From an uncultured Methanosarcinales archaeon (GTDB lineage: Archaea; Nanobdellota; Nanobdellia; Woesearchaeales; GW2011-AR4): DNA of 61,892 nucleotides. The stretch is from assembly GCA_964466175.1 (NCBI GenBank), contig CAYXMT010000001.1, positions 1 through 61,892 on the forward strand, written 5' to 3'. The translations under genes and the position numbers were made by a program. This document shows positions 8,684-16,730 of this stretch, piece after piece (within the stretch, counting starts at the first letter, position 1; every line of letters begins with the position of its first letter). The notes below the pieces were generated by a model that was not told the DNA's origin, searched no databases, and worked only from the letters and a program-made list of their open reading frames with translations.

Positions 8684-8745
8684 ATCAATACCAGAAGAGT
8701 TTAACAGCAATCTTTTTAAAACACAATATTTTTCTTAGAGACAAC

Positions 8746-8869
8746 GGCGGTGTAGTTCAGCCTGGTTCAGAGCGCTAGACTCATATACTTGAGTTATGAA
8801 GCATTTATGCTGATGATATACCTCAACCGGGTTATCTAGAAGTCGTGAGTTCAAATCTCGCCACCGCCA
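8746..8869 (+). tRNA. tRNA-Met or Ile2 (anticodon CAT) with a 48-nt intron after position 37
   Basis: GGCGGTG-TA-GTTC..GAGC-G-CTAGA-CTCATA [intron 8786-8833] A-TCTAG-AAGTC-GTGAG-TTCAAAT-CTCGC-CACCGCC-A. The anticodon stem lacks the GGG/CCC initiator signature. Confidence 0.85.
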
Positions 8870-8961
8870 CTATTTTGTTAATCCTAAAGTAGTTAAAAGA
8901 GGAAGATTTACAAAATATAATTAATTTCTGTACTATTAAATATTTTATTGGGGTTGACAAA

Positions 8962-9168
8962 ATGATATTAGATAAGATTGTATTAACAGCAGATAATGGA
9001 CATGTAAGGGCTTCTGATGATCAACCAGTTCAGATCTTTGGAGGTATAGATTTGTCTATTAATGCGCCTACAGGAAGCATAGATCAAAATCCAGATGAAA
9101 TAATAGGGAAAGAACTTGCTAGGCTTGGTAAAACAAATGACTGCTGGGATGGATACATTGTTCATTGA
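8962..9168 (+). CDS. Hypothetical protein (68 aa; an in-frame open extension follows the TGA to 9282)
   Basis: ORF-track entry only; no recognisable domain. Confidence 0.3.
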   Translation: MILDKIVLTADNGHVRASDDQPVQIFGGIDLSINAPTGSIDQNPDEIIGKELARLGKTNDCWDGYIVH

Positions 9169-9301
9169 GGAAGTTTAACAACTAGAGATGGTAGAACACC
9201 CCAGAGTGCACAAAGAACAGCTTACTATATCAGTGTTGTAGACTACGAGGAAGATGCTGTTCCTTCGCCTGAAACAAAATAAAAAATTCTTATTAAACTC
9301 T

Positions 9302-9601
9302 TTATCTCTCTTTTAGAAATACCTTGCCTTTCATAAATGTATTATCTCTCGATTTGTGCATATTTTCTAAGTGATCAAACAGCTTATCATCATATCTTTT
9401 AGTAGTCTTAACATGTTTGTAATGGTTATCTCCGGTCCCGTAATGATTGATTCCAACCTTATACATCTTTCCGGTAATTTTTGAGTTGCCATAATGCTTT
9501 CTTTCTTTCTCAAAACTATCGATTAAAACTATAGTTGACAATAGAACAAGAGTGATTATAATCAATATTAATACCAATGTATTAAGTCCTGAGTTTTTCA
9601 T
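9302..9601 (-). CDS. Small membrane-anchored hypothetical protein, His/Lys-rich ectodomain
   Basis: N-terminal hydrophobic helix LNTLVLILIIITLVLLSTIVLI followed by a HYG/HYK-rich tail. Confidence 0.4.
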   Translation of the reverse strand: MKNSGLNTLVLILIIITLVLLSTIVLIDSFEKERKHYGNSKITGKMYKVGINHYGTGDNHYKHVKTTKRYDDKLFDHLENMHKSRDNTFMKGKVFLKER

Positions 9602-9634
9602 TATAACTAGTAAACTGCTTTAGTATATAAATAT

Positions 9635-9804
9635 TGGCGCCACGGGCAGGACTTTCATCAACCTTTTACATCGTTCCGAGGAATCGAAGATTCCTCATTG
9701 CATACTTTTGCTCGAGCTTTTTGTAAAAGATCGTTTTGAACCTACACAGTCTTGCGACCAGGAGGGTTCGAGCCTCCCGCAATGCCAGATTATGCGACCG
9801 TGGC
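9635..9804 (-). tRNA. tRNA-Ser (anticodon CGA) with an 83-nt non-canonical intron in the T-loop; CCA encoded
   Basis: Minus-strand read: GCCACGG-UC-GCA..(GG loop)..UGC-G-GGAGG-CUCGAAC-CCUCC-variable arm GGUC GCAA GACU-GUAGG-UUCAAA [intron 9652-9734] U-CCUGC-CCGUGGC-G-CCA. A relaxed bulge-helix-bulge forms from UUCA/UGAA flanked by the T stem and an 11-bp intron helix. Confidence 0.75.
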
Positions 9805-9845
9805 ACAAGAATAAGTATTATTTACTGTTTTAAAAAGATTATCTA

Positions 9846-10277
9846 TTAGATAGTACATCCGGTAATAGAAGATAGCTTGTCAATAGATTGTGCATTTTCA
9901 TATTTCTCTCCATTAAAAAACCATGTTGGAGTTATTTTAACTTCCTTATTCTCACTAAAATCCCTATAGTCAATAAACCTTATAGAATTCCCAAACATTG
10001 CTTTTTGGCCATGAGTATATTGGCACCATGACGCACCGTACATAACAGCGCCTTTTTCAGTTAAGCATTGCGCAAAACCATCCAAAGGCCCTAGTTTTAT
10101 TGAATTTACATAGCTGAACCCAATACCTCCAAAAATAAGCAGAAAAACAACTGAAACAATAGAAATAATAAGAATTTTTTTATTGCTCTTTGGCTTTTCT
10201 ATTGTCTTTTTCTCTATATTGGAATCTTTCTGAGTTTCATGTCTAATGTTCCCAAGCTCTTCCTTGCTTAAAGCCAT
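9846..10277 (-). CDS. Membrane-anchored thioredoxin-like protein with a degenerate active site (CQYT instead of CxxC)
   Basis: N-terminal TM helix, then GAVMYGASWCQYTHGQKAMFG...ITPTWFFNG. This resembles the VKOR-associated Trx-like domain pattern (YGA.WC.HC..QK..FG ... PTW), but the second Cys is Thr. Confidence 0.55.
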   Translation of the reverse strand: MALSKEELGNIRHETQKDSNIEKKTIEKPKSNKKILIISIVSVVFLLIFGGIGFSYVNSIKLGPLDGFAQCLTEKGAVMYGASWCQYTHGQKAMFGNSIRFIDYRDFSENKEVKITPTWFFNGEKYENAQSIDKLSSITGCTI

Positions 10278-10283
10278 TTTTAA

Positions 10284-10493
10284 CTAAGCAGCTGAACTTG
10301 GTTCAGAAACTTGTGAAGGTGTGTCTCCAACATCAGAAACAGGTGCAACTCCACAACCACCACCTACATAAGCTTGCTGCTGACCTTGCTGGCCATAAGC
10401 TGCATATCCTGTTGTATCGTTGCCTCTTGTACAGCCAAAAACCAACAGTGCTACTAAAACTAAAACCACCATCAGTACTAAAGTTTTTTTCAT
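10284..10493 (-). CDS. Small secreted/lipoprotein-like protein, Gly/Gln-rich
   Basis: Signal peptide MKKTLVLMVVLVLVALLVFGC with a lipobox-like FGC. Confidence 0.4.
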   Translation of the reverse strand: MKKTLVLMVVLVLVALLVFGCTRGNDTTGYAAYGQQGQQQAYVGGGCGVAPVSDVGDTPSQVSEPSSAA

Positions 10494-10533
10494 TTTAAAT
10501 TTAGTTTAATGTCCCCATTTAATAATCTTACTG

Positions 10534-11067
10534 TTAATTAGATAATTCAGATTCGATTACTTGCTTAAAGGCTTCATATGGTTGCGCTCCAACAAGCTTT
10601 ATCCCGTTGATAAAAAAGGTTGGAGTCCCTGAAACACCTATTTGGCTTCCATAGCTGGCGTCTGCCTGAACTTCTTGTTTCATCTCGCCATTGTCTATGC
10701 ATTGTGTAAATTTGCCAACATTCAAGCCTAAATCACCGGCAAGTTTTATGTAAAGGTCTCTTCCTAAACTTTGCTGATTATTAAAAATCTCATCATGGTA
10801 TTTCCAGAACTTGCCCTGCTCATCAGCACATTCAGAAGCTTCTGCTGCTCTGGAGCTTGTGATGGCGCAGCGCCTGCTGGCTGCTGGACTTGCGCTGCTC
10901 CTTCTGAACTGCCAAAATAAGGATTAAACCACAAAAAACAACTGCTAAAAGAAGAATCAATGAAATTCCCTGCCATACTCTTACCTTGCTTAGTTCAAAT
11001 TTATACTTTCCACCTTTTTTTCATGATGATGATGCACTTCATGTTTATGATGTTTTTCTTCTGTCAT
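10534..11067 (-). pseudogene. Decayed DsbA-family thiol:disulfide oxidoreductase (C-terminal half only, multiple frame changes)
   Basis: Strong SD GAGGTGG and ATG 11067 open a 25-codon His-rich ORF that stops at 10990. A TM helix (WQGISLILLLAVVFCGLILILAV) is in a second frame. The DsbA C-terminal motif AAEASECADEQGKFWKYHD...GVSGTPTFFINGK is back in the first frame. The CxxC-bearing N-terminal Trx part is missing. Confidence 0.5.
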
Positions 11068-11299
11068 ATTTACCACCTCTTATCTGATTATGTTTTAATT
11101 GAATAATTATTGAAGAAGTATATTTAATATAAATAGCTTATCTACGATACTGATTAGAATTATGCTTCTTTTAACGCTATAAACCTTATTTATGTCCATA
11201 ATCATTCAAAAAGCCATTTTAAGGCTTTTCTCATAAAAATATAGTAAACAGCCATTTCTTTTAATAATGTTTAAAAGCACTAATACAATCCTTTCCCTT

Positions 11300-12415
11300 A
11301 TGAAAAAAGTTATTTTGATAGGTGCTGGCATTATTGGCTTGAGCATTTCTTATTATTTAAAAAAAGAAAATTGCGAAGTTGTCATTCTGGAAAAAGGCAA
11401 AGCAGGATCAGAAGCATCATACGCATCAGCAGGCATGCTTGCATCACAATCAGAATTTGATTTCTATGAAGATTTTATGGATTTCTGTATTCAAAGCAGA
11501 GACATATACAGTGATTATTGCAAAGATATAGAAAATGCTTCTGGAATTAATGTTGAATTTCAAAAATGCGGAATGATAAGGCCTGCCGTAACCGAAGAAC
11601 AGGAAAAACATCTGAAAGCTAATTACGAATGGCAGAAAAAGAGAAATCTTGAAATAGAATTTCTAGATGGAAATGAATTAAGAAATATAGAGCCAAACTT
11701 ATCCAAAAACATAATTTCAGGATTATACACTAAAAATGACGGCCAGGTCAACAACAGGAAATTGATGGAAGCCTTAATTATGGCCAATAAAAAAATCAAC
11801 AACAAAATTATTGAAGATTGCGAAGTTACAGATTATTTGATTGAAAACAATAAAGTAACTGGCGTAAAAACAAACAACGGAATTTTTAATGCAGATATTG
11901 TAATAAATACCGCTGGAGCATGGTCATCATTAATCTCCAAAAATATAATCCCAAACTTTGAAGTAAAGCCAATCCATGGCCAGATGGTTTCCCTACAATC
12001 TGATAAAAAAATACTCAACAAAGTAATATTCGCATCTATACTAGGAAAGGGGGGCTATATAGTGCCAAGAAAAAACAATGAAATTGTTTTAGGCTCTACA
12101 ATGGAAGATATTGGTTTTGAAAAAAAGATTGATGAAGAAAGCATAAACTCTATCCTAAAAACTGCTTTTGATATTGTTCCTGAATTTAAGAATCTGAAAA
12201 TAAAGGAAAAATGGTCTGGTTTTAGGCCATTTACTGAAGATAAGCTGCCAATAATCGGAAAAACAAACATTGAAAACTTAATCCTGGCAACAGCGCATGG
12301 AAGAAACGGAATCCTTTTAGCCCCAATAACTGCAAAAGCAATAACAGAACTTGTCATAAACAACAATATCATTCCAGAAATAAAAGATTTCGGTGTTGAT
12401 AGATTCAATAATTAG
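11300..12415 (+). CDS. thiO: FAD-dependent glycine oxidase-like oxidoreductase (thiazole biosynthesis)
   Basis: Rossmann motif KKVILIGAGIIGLSISYYL, DAO-family length, adjacent to thiE-thiG-thiS. Start placed at ATG 11300. Confidence 0.65.
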   Translation: MKKVILIGAGIIGLSISYYLKKENCEVVILEKGKAGSEASYASAGMLASQSEFDFYEDFMDFCIQSRDIYSDYCKDIENASGINVEFQKCGMIRPAVTEEQEKHLKANYEWQKKRNLEIEFLDGNELRNIEPNLSKNIISGLYTKNDGQVNNRKLMEALIMANKKINNKIIEDCEVTDYLIENNKVTGVKTNNGIFNADIVINTAGAWSSLISKNIIPNFEVKPIHGQMVSLQSDKKILNKVIFASILGKGGYIVPRKNNEIVLGSTMEDIGFEKKIDEESINSILKTAFDIVPEFKNLKIKEKWSGFRPFTEDKLPIIGKTNIENLILATAHGRNGILLAPITAKAITELVINNNIIPEIKDFGVDRFNN

Positions 12416-13032
12416 AAATTTTTAATTTTTGCTGCTAACTCAGAAGCAGCCTCCTTCACATTCTCTGCACTCACAACCGCACTAATTACAGCAACACTTT
12501 TCACACCTTGCTCTAGAACTGAATCAATATTATCCTTATTTATTCCACCAATAGCAATCAATGGTTTTTCTATCTTCCCTAAAACTTCTTTTATCATTCC
12601 AGTACCAACAGTATAATCTTTCACTCTTGTTTTGTATACCGGTCCTATTGTAATGTAATCAACATCTTCTTCATTAGCTTTAACAGCCTGCTCTACACTA
12701 TGGGTTGACAAACCAATAATCAATTTATCTTTACAAATTTTTCTTGCATCTGCTATAGACATATCACTTTGCCCAAGATGAACGCCATCTGCTCCAATTT
12801 CCAAAGCAGCGTCAACATAATCATTCAGAATAAAAAGAACATTATTTTCTCTGCAAACCTTCAACAATTTAATCGCTTCCTTTTTAACATAATCTTTACT
12901 CCAAGATTTTTCCCTTAATTGAATTATCTCTGCACCGCCAGCAATAGCTTCTTTAACAACTTCTTCATTACTTTTACCATTAGAAATACCGCTTTCAGTT
13001 ATTACATATAATTTATTTTCAAAGGTTTTCAT
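12412..13032 (-). CDS. thiE: Thiamine-phosphate synthase
   Basis: 206 aa TMP-TENI fold pattern (ADGVHLGQSD, IAIGGI) in a thi gene neighbourhood. Confidence 0.8.
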   Translation of the reverse strand: MKTFENKLYVITESGISNGKSNEEVVKEAIAGGAEIIQLREKSWSKDYVKKEAIKLLKVCRENNVLFILNDYVDAALEIGADGVHLGQSDMSIADARKICKDKLIIGLSTHSVEQAVKANEEDVDYITIGPVYKTRVKDYTVGTGMIKEVLGKIEKPLIAIGGINKDNIDSVLEQGVKSVAVISAVVSAENVKEAASELAAKIKNF

Positions 13033-13054
13033 AATGAAAAGAAATTATTATTTT

Positions 13055-13828
13055 TTATTTAATAGTCCCATCAACAGGACTGGAAGCACTTGCATACAAT
13101 TTCTTTGGAATCCTTCCGGATAAATAAGCATCTCTTCCGCTCTCAACAGCTAGTTTCATAGCCTTAGCCATCCTAACAGGATCTTTAGCTAATGCAACAC
13201 CAGTATTCAATAAAACACCATCTGCACCCAATTCCATAGCAATTGTTGAATCAGAAGCAGTTCCAACACCAGCATCCACAATTATAGGAACTTTAGCTTG
13301 CTCCAAAATTATTTTTATATTATTTGGATTCAAAATCCCCTGTCCAGAACCAATTGGAGCTCCAAGAGGCATAACCGCACTAGCTCCGGCATCCTCTAAT
13401 TTCTTTGCATAAACAACATCATCATTAGTATAAGCTAAAACAGTAAAACCTTCCTTGACCAAAACCCTGGTTGCTTTCAAAGTTTCCTCATTATCCGGCA
13501 TAAGTGTTTTTTTGTCACCAATCACTTCCAGTTTAACCCAATTAGGCAAACCTGCAGCAACTGCAAGCCTTGCAGTTCTTATAGCTTCTTCTGCAGTAAA
13601 GCAAGCAGCAGTATTTGGCAGTATAGTAATTTTATCTGTATCAATATAACTCAACAATGATTTATCGCTTTTATCGTTTAAATCAACTCTTCTTATAGCA
13701 ACAGTAACAACTTCAGCACCAGAAGCTTCATGAGCTTTCTTCATTATTTCAAAATTCTCATACTTCCCAGTACCTATGAATAATCTTGAATTGAATTCAA
13801 ATTTTCCAATCTTTAAAGTTTCATTCAT
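13055..13828 (-). CDS. thiG: Thiazole synthase
   Basis: 257 aa with [28 protein letters not shown] and [10 protein letters not shown], typical of ThiG. Confidence 0.88.
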   Translation of the reverse strand: MNETLKIGKFEFNSRLFIGTGKYENFEIMKKAHEASGAEVVTVAIRRVDLNDKSDKSLLSYIDTDKITILPNTAACFTAEEAIRTARLAVAAGLPNWVKLEVIGDKKTLMPDNEETLKATRVLVKEGFTVLAYTNDDVVYAKKLEDAGASAVMPLGAPIGSGQGILNPNNIKIILEQAKVPIIVDAGVGTASDSTIAMELGADGVLLNTGVALAKDPVRMAKAMKLAVESGRDAYLSGRIPKKLYASASSPVDGTIK

Positions 13829-13923
13829 TTTACTTGGTTCTTAATCCCTAACTTTAATTGTCGGGGTGGGCTTATATTGTTGTGATGCACTCTTGGGGAG
13901 GTCAATAATGCCACGAAGTGGAG

Positions 13924-14121
13924 TTATCCCCCACCAACAACCTTCACAATTTCTAATTTATCATTATCATTCAATTTAGTATTATCAAAATCCTGCCTAT
14001 GCACAATTTCTTTATTCAATTCAACAGCAACAGTATCTTTATTCAAATTAAGAGAGTTTAATAAATTAATAATATTCTCGCAATCTAATTCTTTTTCATT
14101 GCCATTGATTATTAGTTTCAT
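13924..14121 (-). CDS. thiS: Sulfur-carrier protein ThiS
   Basis: 65 aa beta-grasp-sized ORF ending in GG (VVGGG), upstream of thiG. Confidence 0.75.
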   Translation of the reverse strand: MKLIINGNEKELDCENIINLLNSLNLNKDTVAVELNKEIVHRQDFDNTKLNDNDKLEIVKVVGGG

Positions 14122-14254
14122 ATTGTATACAGTGAAGCAGAGTTAATTTAAAAACATTTTTATTGAGATTACAAATATTTCTTTTCCATATTGAAAACAA
14201 TTCAAATGAAATTTGAGTTAAATTTTTAAACACCATCAATAAACAAAAGTCTTC

Positions 14255-15757
14255 ATGACATTAGTCTCATCATTCAACAAAGCATTTCAAACTTATGCTG
14301 ATAAAGTTGCAATTGAATTTAACGACAATAAAGCAACTTTTGATGAAATAAATAGAAATGCAAACAAAGTAGCTAACGCATTAAATAACATAGGAATCAA
14401 TAAAGGAGACAGAGTAGCTTTATTTCTTTCCAACAGTTTAGAATTAATCTACTTTTTTACTGGAATTCTTAAAAATGGCTCAATAGTTGTCCCGATGAAT
14501 GGTTCTTTTAAGGAAAAAGAAGCAGAACACATACTTAATGACTCCGGAGCTAAAGCAGTCCTTACAGATAAAAACTGTTTGCCAATAATAAAAACGATTA
14601 AACCGGATTTAAAAGAATTGAAACATATAATTACAGTTGATTCTGATGAGAATACTGGCTTTAACGAATTTATTAAAGATGCATCTGATGAAAATCCAAA
14701 CACCGAAATAACCGACGAAGACGGCTCTATAATGTTCTATACTTCAGGAACTACCGGAAGATGCAAGGGAGCCTTGTTAAGCCATAAGAACATGGAATCT
14801 GACTTAGAAGCCCTAAAACAAACATGGCATCTTACAGATAAAGATAATTTGATTTTAACATTGCCCCTTTACCATATTCATGGATTAGGTGTAGCCTTAT
14901 GCGGCTCTTTCTATAATGGATATAGTTTTGTTTTGATGAAAAAATTTGATGCAGAAGAGATTTTAAAACTAATAGAAGAAAAAAAAGCTACATTATTCAT
15001 GGGCGTCCCAACAATGTATGTCAAAATTTTGGAAGTAAAAGACAAAGAAAAATACAATACAAGCAGCATGAGATTATTCATTTCCGGCTCTGCGCCATTA
15101 TCTGCAGAGACATTTAAGGAATTCAAGGACACTTTCGGACAGGAGATACTTGAAAGAGCAGGAATGTCAGAGACAAACATGAACTTTTCTAACCCCTACA
15201 ATGGAAAAAGAAAACCAGGAACAGTTGGACCGGTACTTCCTTGTGCAAAAGTAAAAATTACAGACAAAGATTTTAATGAAGTTCCTCAAGGCAAAGAAGG
15301 CAGCATTTTAATCAAGGGGAATAATGTATTCAAAGGATACTGGAATGCTCCGGAAAAAACAAAAGAAAGCTTCCATGATGGTTGGTTCATAACCGGAGAT
15401 TTAGGAAAAATTGATGAAGATAACTATATAACTTTTCTGGGAAGAAGCAAGGATTTAATAATCTCTGGCGGATTAAACATCTACCCTGCAGAAGTTGAAG
15501 AACTCATAAACACTCATCCTGCTGTTTCGGAAAGCGCGGTTATAGGTGTCCCGGATAAATGTTTTGGAGAAGCAGTCAAAGCCTTTGTTGTTTTAAAAGA
15601 CAGCATAACCGGAGAAGAAATAACAGCTTACTGCAAACAAAAACTTTCAAGTTACAAAAAGCCAAAATATGTTGAATTTATTGACGAATTGCCAAGAAAC
15701 TCAATGGGGAAGGTCCAGAAGAATGTTTTAAGGGAAAAGGAAATCAAGAAAGAATAA
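14255..15757 (+). CDS. AMP-dependent acyl-CoA synthetase/ligase
   Basis: AMP-binding motif YTSGTTGRCKGA, 500 aa, C-terminal GKVQK lysine motif. Confidence 0.8.
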   Translation: MTLVSSFNKAFQTYADKVAIEFNDNKATFDEINRNANKVANALNNIGINKGDRVALFLSNSLELIYFFTGILKNGSIVVPMNGSFKEKEAEHILNDSGAKAVLTDKNCLPIIKTIKPDLKELKHIITVDSDENTGFNEFIKDASDENPNTEITDEDGSIMFYTSGTTGRCKGALLSHKNMESDLEALKQTWHLTDKDNLILTLPLYHIHGLGVALCGSFYNGYSFVLMKKFDAEEILKLIEEKKATLFMGVPTMYVKILEVKDKEKYNTSSMRLFISGSAPLSAETFKEFKDTFGQEILERAGMSETNMNFSNPYNGKRKPGTVGPVLPCAKVKITDKDFNEVPQGKEGSILIKGNNVFKGYWNAPEKTKESFHDGWFITGDLGKIDEDNYITFLGRSKDLIISGGLNIYPAEVEELINTHPAVSESAVIGVPDKCFGEAVKAFVVLKDSITGEEITAYCKQKLSSYKKPKYVEFIDELPRNSMGKVQKNVLREKEIKKE

Positions 15758-15774
15758 GTAAATTCTGATTTATT

Positions 15775-16725
15775 ATGCAAAACAAAAAGAAAATACATTT
15801 TGAACGCGCAATCTTTACATCCTGGTACTGCAGTTTAGGCGACTGCACTTATTGCTATATGTCTACGCAAAAAAGCCTTATTTCTGATCCAAAAAAAGCC
15901 AAAAGAAGTATGGCATCAATACTTGCAGAAGCATACCTTTGCAAAAAACTTGGCTGGAAAATAGGATTTCTGTCAGCAGGCTACGGCAATTACACTCAAA
16001 AAAGCATTTTAGAGCTGTGCAAAAACGTTTATGAAATTTCTAATCAAAAATTATGGCTTAATATCGGAGTTTTAAATGAAAAAACAATTGAGCCATTAGT
16101 TCCATACTTAGAAGGAATTTGCGGAGCAGTGGAAACTACAAATGAAAAAGTCCACAAAAAAACAGCCCCAAACAAACCAATAGCACCAATAGAAAACATG
16201 TATAAAATATGCGACAAATACAACTTAAAAAAATCAATGACTTTTATTGTAGGTTTAGGAGAAACAATTGATGATTTTGATTCATTTAAAGCATTTTTAA
16301 TTAAGAATAAAATCAACAAAATAATTTTTTATGCCCTAAACCCGATAAAAGGAACAGTTTTTGAAAAATCAAAAGGCCCGGAAATTAACTATTACCTGCA
16401 ATGGATTAAAAAAACAAGAAAAACATTTCCAAAATTAAACATTGTAGCAGCACCGTGGGTAAACAGAGTTGATTACATTCATCTGATGCTAAATGCAGGA
16501 GCAGATGCAATAACAAAATTCCCTGCAATAAAACTATTCAATACAATCCACGCAAAAAACATTGAAAAAGAGATAAAATCATCCAATTATGAAATGCAGG
16601 GTACTTTCACAAAAATTCCTGAAATAAACTCCAACGAAATTAAAAACCTAAGTTTTGATAATGGATTAAAAGAAGATATAATTAAGAAAATTAATGGATA
16701 TTTGAAAATAATGAAGAGAAACTAA
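15775..16725 (+). CDS. Radical SAM protein, BioB/ThiH-like, with Cx4Cx2C cluster motif
   Basis: WYCSLGDCTYCYMS near the N-terminus and a GLGET motif. Cys spacing read directly from the translation. Confidence 0.6.
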   Translation: MQNKKKIHFERAIFTSWYCSLGDCTYCYMSTQKSLISDPKKAKRSMASILAEAYLCKKLGWKIGFLSAGYGNYTQKSILELCKNVYEISNQKLWLNIGVLNEKTIEPLVPYLEGICGAVETTNEKVHKKTAPNKPIAPIENMYKICDKYNLKKSMTFIVGLGETIDDFDSFKAFLIKNKINKIIFYALNPIKGTVFEKSKGPEINYYLQWIKKTRKTFPKLNIVAAPWVNRVDYIHLMLNAGADAITKFPAIKLFNTIHAKNIEKEIKSSNYEMQGTFTKIPEINSNEIKNLSFDNGLKEDIIKKINGYLKIMKRN

Positions 16726-16730
16726 TTCTG

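Noticed and set aside
9765-9790. Plus-strand GGAGG-GTTCGAG-CCTCC resembling a tRNA T arm followed by ...GCCA.
   Set aside because: It is the anticodon arm (CUCGAAC loop, anticodon CGA) of the minus-strand tRNA-Ser read backwards. No plus-strand cloverleaf can be built.
13861-13925. Possible TPP (THI-box) riboswitch, because GGGGTG and ATAATGCCA occur next to thi genes.
   Set aside because: The matching words are on the strand antisense to thiS, thiG and thiE. The CUGAGA and ACCC elements are missing, and P1-P5 cannot be drawn. It is kept only as an unexplained G+C-rich spacer.
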